Source: Antedon mediterranea (taxonomy: Eukaryota > Animalia > Echinodermata). Taken from it: DNA of 64,000 nucleotides. The notes beneath the pieces are model-generated. The model had not been told where the DNA came from. It worked only from the letters and a program-made list of their open reading frames with translations, and searched no databases. Made by a program: the position numbers and the translations under genes. The stretch covers positions 13,972,101 to 14,036,100 of the forward strand of contig NC_092677.1 of NCBI RefSeq assembly GCF_964355755.1, written 5' to 3'. This document shows positions 14,356-25,900 of this stretch, one piece after another (within the stretch, counting starts at the first letter, position 1; each line of letters begins with the position of its first letter).

Positions 14356-14577
14356 GAGCATATTGTACAGAGAGCCTATTAAAGTGATGATGACATAGTA
14401 TAATATCTTGAAATACTGAATACCTATTCACCAAAAAAAACAAAATTCTTTTTAGAATTCACCTGAAATGCAAATCTTGCACATTTGTTGAAAGATTGCC
14501 ATAAGCAAACTTTTCACTGTCCTGATATATTATACTATGTCATCATCACTTTAATAGGCTCTCTGTACAATATGCTC
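14356..14577. repeat. Perfect 51-bp inverted repeat with 120-bp spacer
   Basis: 14356-14406 (GAGCATATTGTACAGAGAGCC...TAGTATAATAT) is the exact reverse complement of 14527-14577. Confidence 0.95.
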
Positions 14578-15019
14578 TACAGGAGACAATTCATTCATAA
14601 ACATAGAGACAACAAAAAAAGTTTTTTAACAAGTTATTGGACCTGTTTCTAAAAAACCAACAAAATCTAAAGTACAGTATTTATTCTTTAAGGCTAAAAA
14701 ATACTATTCTTTCAAAAATCTGTTAAACTGTTATAATCATTTTTTCTCCCCAGTTAAGTTTTTAAAAGACATCTGGTAAAAAGCTTTTGCTACTTTATTT
14801 GTAAACATATTAGAAGTTTTAGTTTAAAGTGTTATGTTATGCCCTAGAAATGGGCTACATTAAAAAAAAACAATAGGTGCATTTACTAAGTATTTTATTC
14901 ATAGTTAATGTGTAAATAATACATTTACCCAGAGTTATTGTGTCTGTTCCAATTGTTTGACCCCTCTTTGAAAATGGTTCGAACCTATGACATTTGCATG
15001 ACATAAACAAGTGTTTGTT

Positions 15020-15332
15020 CTGATTGGATCATTTCCTGGCTGGTGAGTCATAAGGTAAAGTTTATACACTTTAGTTTAAGGTCATGCACTCCTCCTATTG
15101 CACACCCTGTGTTTATAAGCCTTTACTACCTGTCTAAACCTGGTGATCGCAACAAGTACAGAAACTGTTAAGAATTAGGAAACTTACGCAATCATCCTGC
15201 TAGATAGCGTCTTGTAGAACTCCATTTTCGAAACTTTCTCTAAAGTTGCAAATAACATTTGTGAGAGGATTTTGTATTCACCTTAGAAGCAGATATTGTC
15301 CCGCATGTTGGATATCTAAAGTCAAAATGAAG
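15020..15332 (+). promoter_or_regulatory. Candidate promoter and first exon for the Cas gene (ends ATG AAG|gtagga)
   Basis: ATTGG 15023, AP-1 TGAGTCA 15044, AAGGTCA 15078, CACCC and TATAAG ~15114. Then aaaATGAAG (15327-15332) with a phase-0 GT donor compatible with the SH3 exon. Confidence 0.35.
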
Positions 15333-18300
15333 GTAGGATTTTGCATTACAAAATTACTAAAATGTACATGGAAATATGCAGCAGTAGGCCTGATATGTTG
15401 CTTTTTATTTGTGGTGTAGACATCAGGTGTTGAGTTAAGAGATGAGATTATTTATTAAGCATTACATCTTAGTTTGACCATGAAGGATGATTTCAGATGA
15501 TCAACAACACATATTTCTGCAAAACAACCTATTAATTTAACTGAGTCATTCTTTCTAATCTATTCCTAGTAAATATTATTTCATCAGTATGACAAAATTG
15601 AAAATTACTCTTATTCTGTAAATCTAATTAAATTCGAAACAAAACCTACTTTTAAGATTGTTTTATTTTGATAGAAATCTTGCAATTCTCCTAAATTAAA
15701 GATTACAGTACTCTCACTTTTGGAATGCAGATCTAATGTTAATGTACTGTACAGTATCTAATTGTGTTTTTCAAAAAGGTCTAAAGGGTCTCTCCTTCTA
15801 CTGTACTGTACAGTAGCCTTTTTTCTGGTTTTTATCTACACTAAATCTTCAAGTTTATTTTTATAGAACTTGAATGATTCTCTGCTCTCTCTGATTGATA
15901 CTTTAGTAAATGGTATTACTCTTACCATAGAGTAATTATTTATCTAACAATTCCTCCATGATCTTACCATACAATACATTTCTTATCTTCAGACTAATAA
16001 AGACTGTTTGATGTTCTAAAACATCATTAATAACTGTACTTACTTCATTGTTTAAGTTAATATAGTAATGACTTTATAGCTAATAGCAGAATAGAAACTG
16101 CCACAAATATGTTACCACTCAGCATAGCCTGCTAATAACCTAATTATCAACTCAATCAAGGCACTCATAAGCTTGTTATTTGACCTTAACTCTGTGGGTT
16201 CTTAGGGAAACAGTGTGAAAACTTCTGTTTCAAATTCATGTGTAATAAATTACTATACCTGTAGATCATAACTTTTATAATTTAATCTCTTTAGTGTGGT
16301 ACCGTACAGTACGTCACTCAATAGTATTGTTTTGTATCCTACAGCCTACAGTACAGTACTACAACAGTTTGTTTTTGTATATATTACTGTATTGTATATG
16401 GGCAGTAAACCAGGATAAAGGATTTCCTTTAAATTTAATAAATGCTCAACAGCCTCGAAACAAAGTACAATTATTATATAAGGTATCATTATCAATACTA
16501 TTGTTACAGTACATAAGAAATGTATACAGTACAGTAGCTACATTTCTTTTACATTTTTTAAAACAAATTACAGTACCACAAAAGGTGGTATTGGTTGGTA
16601 TTACTGTATATACCTTGTAAGATGTCTACTCATTGATGAAAGCCTGCAGCCAGGATTTTTACAAGGGGATCGTCATGATTAGCATTTGTAAGTCACATCA
16701 GGATGGGTGGTACAGTGTACTGTACAGTAGGCCTACAAGCTACAGTACGTTGAAAGTCTGTTGAGGCTTTTGACTTTATAGAGTAAAGCAGAAACGGAAA
16801 GAACATGTTGAAAGTCAACAGGTTGATGTGTAGTCATACAGATAAGACTGTTCATATGATTATTCTTTTGTGAAGATGTTTAAAGTAAATTTATATACCA
16901 ATGAACTTTGGACTCCAATGATTGGATCAGATGATGGTACTGAGGTACAGTTGTTGTACTGAAGTACTGTATATTAAAAATCAATCCCTGTTAAAATGGT
17001 TGCCCAATGGACGTAAAATAGGTTTTCTATAAAGATTGTTTAATCAATTATACATGACATTAAAGTTGCTCTGTAATGATTTATAATACAACATATCTTT
17101 CTAGAGCCTTTTACTGTATATTATGGCTATGACATCTTTGAAAAAACATTTCTATTCCATACTGTAGTGTGTACTACAGTATACAGTATATTGTAGACAC
17201 TGTACAATACGTATGTATAATAGGATGTGTGAGTAAAGATATAAAACAGTAATTTCAGATACCCAGTGCCAATAGAGAAAAAAATACACCACAATCGTCC
17301 TTCTCTTTTGTGTAATGATCTTTATTATCAGACTAGCATAACAATATTACTGTGTCACAGTGACCATGATACAGTACCAGCTGGATACATTAGCTGTGCT
17401 GCCATCAGACTGCCACAGAGGTTTTTTTGGGTATGTACAAAATGTCACATGTGTTGAAATTTGACTAAGTGCAACGCCTGTCATAGCATTTTACATGGAT
17501 AGAGAAGAAGGATTTGATGGTGGTCCACCACCAGCGCAATTACATCCATGTACATTCATACTGACATATACAATTTTTGTTTCTTTTAAATACTGTACTT
17601 GGCAACATACTGTACTCTTTATTTCTTTAGAGCCTGACTACAGTAAATGGAGATTTGATTGATTATTTGATTTTTCAACAAACCTAAAATCTATTTGAAA
17701 AACATTTATTGTTTGATTGGGTAATTAATATCGGCGTAGTCGTTCAGACAAACTTAAGCAAACGCTTGTTAGTGTTAAAAATATTTTAATTTGCCTACAG
17801 TAGGACGCTGTTAATTTCACAGTAACAATACACCAAGTATAAATAGTGTATTATAGTTGTTGAGCAACTATTATTCTAAGGTATTAACTGTGGAAATACA
17901 ATATTGTAAATTGTAGACTTTTCACATATCTGAAATTCCACCGTTTTTAGAAAGGTGACTCCAACAGGTTTGGAATAAAGTGACAATGTATTGTGTTGTT
18001 TACAATGGCTCATATGATATTGGTGACCATTAATAAAAATACTTTGTCAACAAGCACTGGTTGGTAGTCAGAATTCATTTTCAAAGTATAGTCTTATTTT
18101 CTGTTAATACTGTTCAAGCATTTGCATTACTGTATAATCAGTTACCAGACATGGGTGCAGTTGTTATTTTTATTGCCAATTCATTTAATTCTTTGGGTTC
18201 TGCTGCGAAAAAGTAAGCGATTAATCTTTGAATTATATTTACCCCCTATTTCTTGAAACAGTATGCATTTTAAACAATTGGTTAAATGGCAGTCTAAAAA

Positions 18301-20394
18301 TAATCGTTCAAACACCCAAAACATCATTTTAATTGGTTATGTATATCACCTCCTGTAACTTAAAGCTGCAACACAAAATAACGGTGTTGACCGTCGTTGA
18401 CCTTTAAACCTATACTGTAGAATTGTGAACATTTGACCGCCTAAGCAATGCCCATTAATAGTTTACACTTTTATTTGGGAGCACAATTTTAGCAGAGAAA
18501 TAAGAAATTAATAACAAATCCGTTTCAGTAAATGATGTTACAGTCTTTGTACTGGTAAATATTCTAACATTGTGAGTGAATAATACATGTTGGATTTAAA
18601 ATTATTTTTACCTAGAGTATACTACAACTCAGGCAATTGTTGGATTAATGATCTAATGTGTATTGTGTATTATTTTCACACATGAAAAGTACCGCCAAAA
18701 GCACTTCTTGTAAAAAAGCAAATGTTAAATGTCTCCGCATGACCTCCTCTTGAACCTCAAATGTGCTAATTGGATCCTTATGGGAACCAAATAATCTTGA
18801 ACCAGAAACATACATTTAGTACTGGCAGTAGAATACTGTAGGTGCTTGCTTAGATTTTCCCCAAGTCTGTATTATTGTCCTTTTTTCATGTTAGTAGTCC
18901 ACCAGTCGGCATTTCGATTTTTGTCCTTAAGCTCAAGTAGTATACAGTACGTATGAAATGCCATATGTGCCAAAATATTTAAACTCTGTCTGGAACCCAG
19001 ACTAGTGCATGCTATGCAAATGTGTGTTGCATAGAAACTGAAAGATTCAATAAAGTATAGTGGTGAATCTGAATCAACCTCACATATGAAAGTAATTGTA
19101 TGATGCATACACCCAAGAAATCAAATACTTTACAGTACACACGTCATTAGATCATTAATAAATACTGCAGTGCAGGTATCTATATATATTTATAGAAAAG
19201 TTTAGTTACAATACACAGTAGTAAACTCCAGAAATGAGAATAATACACATGAAGATTTCTAGTGTACAGTGCAGTCATTACTTATTGATACAGTACAGTA
19301 CTACTGTATTCAATACTTTTGTAAGCATTTCTTGTCTGAATTTAGAGTTTTTCTTGCCTTGTTAATTTCTTACACGGTAGATTTTCACAGTCGATTCGCA
19401 TGTGTATGTGTACAGAAATTTAGTATCGAAACCAAACTAAATACTCTTTCGATTATTAGTCTCTGTCAAATGCCTGCATTTATCTACTGAACTGTACTTT
19501 CATAATGTTTTGATAAAATAAATTGCCTAGAGTAAAACACTTATATTGATGCCTTGTTTAAAGTGTTTACTGGTATTTGTTTTAATTTGATACCAAAACA
19601 CCAAAAACTTGATTTAACACCTAATATAATTATTGTACACAAAGTTTTAATCCAAGACAAATGTCCCCAGAAAATCCAAGAACTAATTGTTCTACTGTAC
19701 ATAAATAAACATCCTAAGAAAAGAAAGAATAATGATAACAATTACTACCATAGGCTTTTTTAAACCAAATTCTTCATTCAGTCTCTTTTGATGTATTTAT
19801 TCAGTATTTTATTTAACTTGGACTTTATGTTCAGTTACATATTTACTTAAATTATCAAAGTACCAATTGTTATTTTTTAAGCTATATATTTTAGCCTTAA
19901 GGTAAAGTTGGAATGGTATTGTTAATCATTTATTCACCAATGCGACCAATGCAAGTTTACTGTATATTTAAATAATACTGTATATACTTTATCTGTTTAG
20001 TGTAGTTCTTGTCAGAATGATTTCAGGAGCAAATTTTACATCAAATAATATATTAACCCAACTCTGATCCAGGATTTGTTTTGATGGGGATGCATTACAG
20101 TAAATATTAATGTCAAAGATAGGTACTGTATAACAAAAGTAGTTCATTAATTAAATTTAGCTGTCAAACGTGCAGGAAGCATGCTACTCCCTGCTGAAAT
20201 GAATGGTAATGATGTTTCATCTAAAAGAAATTATTAATTTTCTTGCCGTACTGTACAGTATTTGTACCAATACCACCTCTTATGTGAGAAGGGGATTCCA
20301 TGTGTAGTTGTTTATATAAGTGCCTAAATGAATTAAGTGCTGCTGAATAAACAGACCCAAAAGGGTCATAATAGAACCACGCTATAAACTGATT

Positions 20395-21054
20395 CCCAGT
20401 TTTGCTAAGACGTGTGCGTCTATTAATATGGACATCAACTCAATTTTCGAAACTTCCTACCTTGGCAATGACCCTGATAGTCATTGGGTTAAGAGATTTA
20501 AAGAGTTGATGCATGACACAGAAATTGCATTTTGGAAAAGTGAAATGCTAAGAAAATCGTCACTCCAGACATACTCTCTTATTAAGTCTAATCCGTGCCT
20601 TGAAAAATATTTATTGGATTGTACAGACTTTCTAGGATCTAGCCTCAAATTCAAACTACGTTCTAACACCCTTCCTTTAGGTCACAGGAGTTGTAAGTGG
20701 CTTCCTGAATATGATGGTATCTGTAAAATGTGTAAGAATGGTTTAGAAGACATTCAACATTTTCTATTCACATGTAACCAACTCAATGGCATAAGGATTG
20801 AAGAATATACCAAATTAGAATATATGTTAATCGATATCAATCATTTAGATGTATGGGAAAATTTTATCTCTGGTGACCTGAACACCAAATTAAATCTTGT
20901 ATTAGGTGGAACTGATAACTACTATCATTATATGTATGACGTCGATTCCATATCAAATGTCTTTGATTGTTACTGTAAGCACTATGTTAAAAGAGCATGG
21001 GCACACAGATGTATGTTCTGGGCGAGTAATGTTCATATCAATCAAACTAAATGA
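20395..21054 (+). mobile_element. 5'-truncated non-LTR retrotransposon, ORF2 C-terminus with CCHC zinc finger (RTE-X-like)
   Basis: ORF 20428-21054: KSSLQTYSLIK..LEKYL..KFKLRSNTLPL..CKMCKNGLEDIQHFLFTC, a typical post-RT zinc-binding region. No RT core upstream; T-rich 3' UTR to ~21430. Confidence 0.8.
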
Positions 21055-23184
21055 TTGATATCTCATCTCATTATTGTGTTAGGTCTACATTGTTGTTGCC
21101 CAATTCATTTTATATTGTACAGTTCCTACCTACAGTATTCTATTATTGTTTATTTCTTGTAATTTTGTATTTTTAGGTGTCAGTGGGTTTCCTGCTGCTG
21201 TAGTGTTAATTATCAATGGTATTGTAATTACTGTAGTTGAATTGTTTTGACATTTTGACCTACGTCGACTTTTTATTGTAATTGTTATTTTCTATATCAT
21301 GTTTTTTTTTTTGTACATTTCTTTTGGATGCACCTTCCATTTGGTCGAGTGTCACTGTTGTAAAAGCGTATTATTTCATTTGACATTGTTTACTGGTCCA
21401 AATTTATATTGACAGACTTTTTATTTATTTTCTTCAGAGGAAAAATAAACATCTCTCTTGGATAGTACTGTACTGTAATATTGGTTTGTTAAAAATAATT
21501 TGTAATATGGTATTGTGTTTGTTGGTTTCAGTGTCTGCAGTACACCTTGAATGAAGAAAGGTCTGTACGGTACACTATGTTCTGTCATGCTTTTAGCACC
21601 AACAAAAACAGATGTAATATCTGTATAATACATTCCTAAAGTTGTTACAGTAATCATCAAAATGATATGACTTGAGTTTATAAGCTTTTAGAATGTAAAT
21701 GCGATTTCAAGCCTTCAACATCTATTAAATACTGTATCATTGGTGACCAATTGATAAAAAAAAAATTGTTTTCTAACAGATGGTATGGACTTATGATTGA
21801 TCCCCTCAGGAGTTTTATTCAACTACTAGATGGTTAGTCTGGCCTTAAAAATACATCAGTGTTATCTTTATATGTATCTTTAGTCAGCATGAATTATCAA
21901 TGGTATCTGATCTTGAGCATACTTTGATCTTTTAATCTTGTCTCTTACGTTTGTTTGCTGCATTGATGATGCGTAAATGGTCGGGTAAATGACTCTTGTT
22001 AATGATATCCATGTGAAAGAATTGCTATTGGTTAAAATGAATCAACATGGCTTTTCAGTAAATTTTTACCTGTGAAATTTTTACAATATTTAATATTGGA
22101 TATTCTGGAAAAGCTGCTCCATAATCTCAATACCTTTCATATTTTTCCTTATCTGTATTCTAATCAATTTAACACCAACTACTGTAAGCCGAAGTGCTGT
22201 TAGTATTGCTATAGCTTGAAAATGTTTTAATTTTCCTCTTGTTTTTTTTAATGATTTAGCTAATTATAAGTATAAAATAATGAACTTGTATTTATTGCAA
22301 ACGCATTAAAAAAAATGTTTTCTATTTCTTGACAAATTTTAATCATATACCAAATGGACCTATAAATTAAGTCTTACAGTAAAAAGTTTATAACTTTAAA
22401 CAGATTTTTGCAAGAAGTGTGATAGGGTATCAGTGTACTGTACGGTTAGGTTAGACCAGTTTGGGAAGCTTTAGCAACTGCAGTCATTATGTTGTTGAAA
22501 GTTGCTGAGGTTTGGAACAACATTTCCAATCAAATAACAACAGAACCCACCAGTAAACTACTGATAACCTTTGATTGTCACAAAATCAGCAGGGAATAGT
22601 TTAAAAGTAATTCTAAGCTTTATTCTGCCAACAAAGCTTATTCATTTGTGAGCTGCTGTACTGTACATTTAGAACACCTCCTTTTAATCCATTCTTATCA
22701 GACCAACAAGGTATCCAGGTATCCACCATAGGTGTGAGTAGCTATATTGAAGCTATTCACCTTCAAAACAATTCTTTTGAATAAAGTGGGTAAAGAATAC
22801 CCACTTTTAAACCAATTCAAATCAAAGACTTGTTCTCAAATTCTGTATTGATTGGCATTACTGACAGTTGTGGGAATATACAGTTGATGCACATTCAGTA
22901 ATAACTTGATATACAGTTAATATTGACATTGACTTGTATGCATACTCTTTAGTGCAGTCAAATGTGCGGTCCTTCAATCACATTCAATCAATGTTAAGTG
23001 CCTCATTCTTTGGATACTCTAACTAAGGCGAAATGTAACAAGTGAATATAGGCTTGATAAATCCATACTTGTTAATAGTCACGTTGAATGAGATCTCAAA
23101 GTGTTTAAACACACGCTTAAATCACCGTAGCAAATGTTTTGTAAGGTTTGTTCAGACATGATCGAATAGTATAGTGTTTTTAAG

Positions 23185-23260
23185 CATCAAGGAAAACCAA
23201 TTTCATGTTCGCCTTGTTGTGTTCATAACAATAAAGATTTATCTTATCTTATCTTATCTA
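23185..23260 (+). repeat. Short LINE/SINE 3' tail remnant
   Basis: AATAAAG followed by (TTATC)n, the same tail type as the Rex-like element at 9752. Confidence 0.45.
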
Positions 23261-23926
23261 TATCAGTTGTATTCATACCAAGTTTGTTTGTAAACTGCAT
23301 TTTCCCCAAGAATGACAGATATTGCATTGTTTATGAGAACATACAGTACTATAGACCATCCATTCAAGGCCCAAGAAAATATATTATAATTATGCTTCTT
23401 GTCATCCATGCAGAATTTTGGTAACTAACTTTCAGATTTTAACACTCAGCAGTATCAGGTTGTAAGTTTATGTGATAACCTAGTTTTGCCTAGATCTTCT
23501 GTAAATTAGAAAGAAAATAAGATTTTTTTTAAATTTTTTTGTAAAGTACAGTATGTTATTGTTACACAACAAATACGGTACAACTCACAGAAACAATAAT
23601 TTAAGATTTAAATCCATAGATTGTTGCCATAGGCTTACTAGGAAATGAGTCTGCTCTCATTGGTCTGTATAATTTCCGATTAGTGGGCAATCGGTTGGTA
23701 ATAATGTACGGTAAATGTAGTTCCTTTATACTCCTTCTTTTGTTGGGATTTTAAAGTAATTGAATACAGTAATGCAGATAATCGAGAACATCATGAAAAC
23801 CAATTATGGGGGTAGATGTCAAGTAGACAGTAGGCTGTAATAGTAAAGTGTGTGTAGGAGACAGATCTAATGTAACAAGTGAGGGCTACTGAACTACTGC
23901 CTTGTAACCTACTGTATCTCAGTTAT

Positions 23927-24056
23927 CAGTGGCATATCACATGAGGCAAAGCCCCTGTTTATAAGCCCTTTAACGCTGGGTAGTTGCAGTGGAGTTGCTT
24001 ATGCACTGATGCCCCTATGTTTAGCCAATGAGCGCCCGTAGTCGTTACGCCACTAT
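23927..24056. mobile_element. Degenerate hAT-like MITE remnant
   Basis: Ends CAGTGGCATA / TACGCCACTA resemble CAGTGGCGTA..TACGCCACTG TIRs; internal GCCCC motifs; TSD not recognisable. Confidence 0.4.
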
Positions 24057-24394
24057 GCGTTATGCTGTCATATCATACGCAGTGTACCACTCCATACTGT
24101 AGGTCTGAACCAGCAAATGATTATTGGACTGACCTCTCGTTTCGTTTGAACACCATGAACACATACGGTATAAATATTTTAAACTTGAAAACAAACTATG
24201 TTCACGTATTTTGTGCTGTTTATAGTTACAACACAAGTAAAAACAGTACTACTACTGTTTTAACTTTGACAACCCTGGGAATTATCAGCAAAAAACACCA
24301 ACAAAGTACATACCGTATAGATAAAGTTGAATGAGGTTTACAGTAATGTAGTATAAAAACAAAAGTTATTATTGTGGTTATTAAGCTTTACACT

Positions 24395-24914
24395 GGGCCT
24401 GTTTCTGCTGCAACTGCTCAAAATACGGTATAAAAATACGGTATTTAAATATATGAATAAAATACGCTAATATATTTTTTAGAAATGTCTTTATAAATGT
24501 GGTTGTTCCTTTTATTACCTTTTAGTTGGCCAGACATTTTTTAGCTTCCCCACACACATTTATTTAGTAAATTGTGACGTCTTCGCTCCACATTTTCGCC
24601 GAATATATCTATACACGTGTGTAAAGCAGCTGACAGCGACAGAAAATAAAAACACGAATGTTGACCTTTTGTCATGTAAAAAAAAAAATACGGTATTTTT
24701 TATTGGCAGCAGAAATGGGTACAAAAAATACGGTATAAATTTGTAAATACCGTATTTTATCCACAAATTTTGTGGGGAAAATACGGTTTACAAAATACGG
24801 TACTGTATATTTTTTATGAGCGCAGTTTCTGCTGCCAAAAATATACCGTATATATACGGTATTCAAAAAATACCGTATAATATACGGTATTTAGTTGGCA
24901 GCAGAAACAGGGCC
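24395..24914. mobile_element. MITE, ~520 bp, ~21-bp TIRs, 3-bp TSD ACT (PIF/Harbinger-like)
   Basis: Left act|GGGCCTGTTTCTGCTGCAACT, right AGTTGGCAGCAGAAACAGGGCC|act. Many internal AATACGGTAT/ATACCGTAT motifs and internal TIR-core copies near 24703 and 24826. Confidence 0.85.
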
Positions 24915-24949
24915 ACTCAAACTTGTTTGACAAAAAGTGGGATTTGTCC

Positions 24950-25010
24950 AAATAATGGTAGTGATATGCTTAAATATGGTAGTGATATGCTTAAATATGG
25001 TAGTGATATG
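24950..25010. repeat. Tandem repeat, ~3 x 21 bp
   Basis: ATGGTAGTGATATGCTTAAAT repeated. Confidence 0.9.
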
Positions 25011-25790
25011 ACATCATCATCTCCATATATGGGCATATCACAAAGCTTGATGGTGTAGGCAGAGCTTTAGAGATTTTTACTTTTGATGGCTCACTGTAGA
25101 GAGAGTATAACTCTTTGGCTTTAAAATTACACATTGTGTTTAGGTGCAGATGATATTGGCTCGATACTGTACACCTACACTCTTTAACAATCTATTAAAT
25201 ATTTAATGTCATTACCATGTTAAATCCATTTCAAGAATTATCTCATCTACAGTGTTTACCTATTATTGGAAGGTAATTACCTGAAAAGTCTCAATTAAAT
25301 GCTTTTGCCCCTGGCTGTTAAATTGTAGAACCATAGGTCTAATTCAGGCTATCAGCCAATCAATTTAAGTCACTCATTACTTTCATTATGTTTTATACTG
25401 TATTACAGAACATGCGTCAATTGAGCAACATACATTGAGCATGATCTATAATTATCTTTTCGTAACATATCTGTGTCGCATTAGCGGTAAACTTGATCTA
25501 TTGTATGTACAGTAATTAAAGTCTAAATATTATGAATTTAATATGATGATGTATAACTGTCTGTAGTATAGTAGTAACATCTTAATATTAATAATTTTTA
25601 TCTTTTTATTTCTGGCTAGCAGCACACAGGTATAAATGGATTAAATATCCTGTGGTGTACAGTAATAATAATGTTGCATAATATTGCGCACATTACCGTA
25701 TAAAGCTTTGAATTACAAATAATTTAGAAAAGGAATAACTAAATTAAAAATAATATGAAATTAAACATTGTATTGTACAATACATTACAG

Positions 25791-25900
25791 TTTTTAGTCG
25801 CGTGTAAACGCGACTCTACAGCTCATTATGTCAGTCGGTTGGTTGGTCGTTTAAAACTAACTCAAATTTGAGCACGCGACTGCAGCCATGCAGCCTGTAA
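25791..25900 (+). mobile_element. Miniature DINE/HINE-like element (~110 bp), second family
   Basis: T-run, subTIR AGTCGCGT (25796-25803), inverted copy ACGCGACT (25808-25815), (GGTT/GGTC) microsatellite, 3' subTIR CACGCGACT (25873-25881), short GC-rich 3' tail. Confidence 0.6.

Noticed and set aside
18151-18212. ATG-initiated exon candidate ending AA|gtaagc
   Set aside because: The donor is phase 2, incompatible with the phase-0 SH3 exon.
24560-25058. Overlapping ORFs in the ORF track
   Set aside because: By-products of the MITE and the 21-bp tandem repeat.
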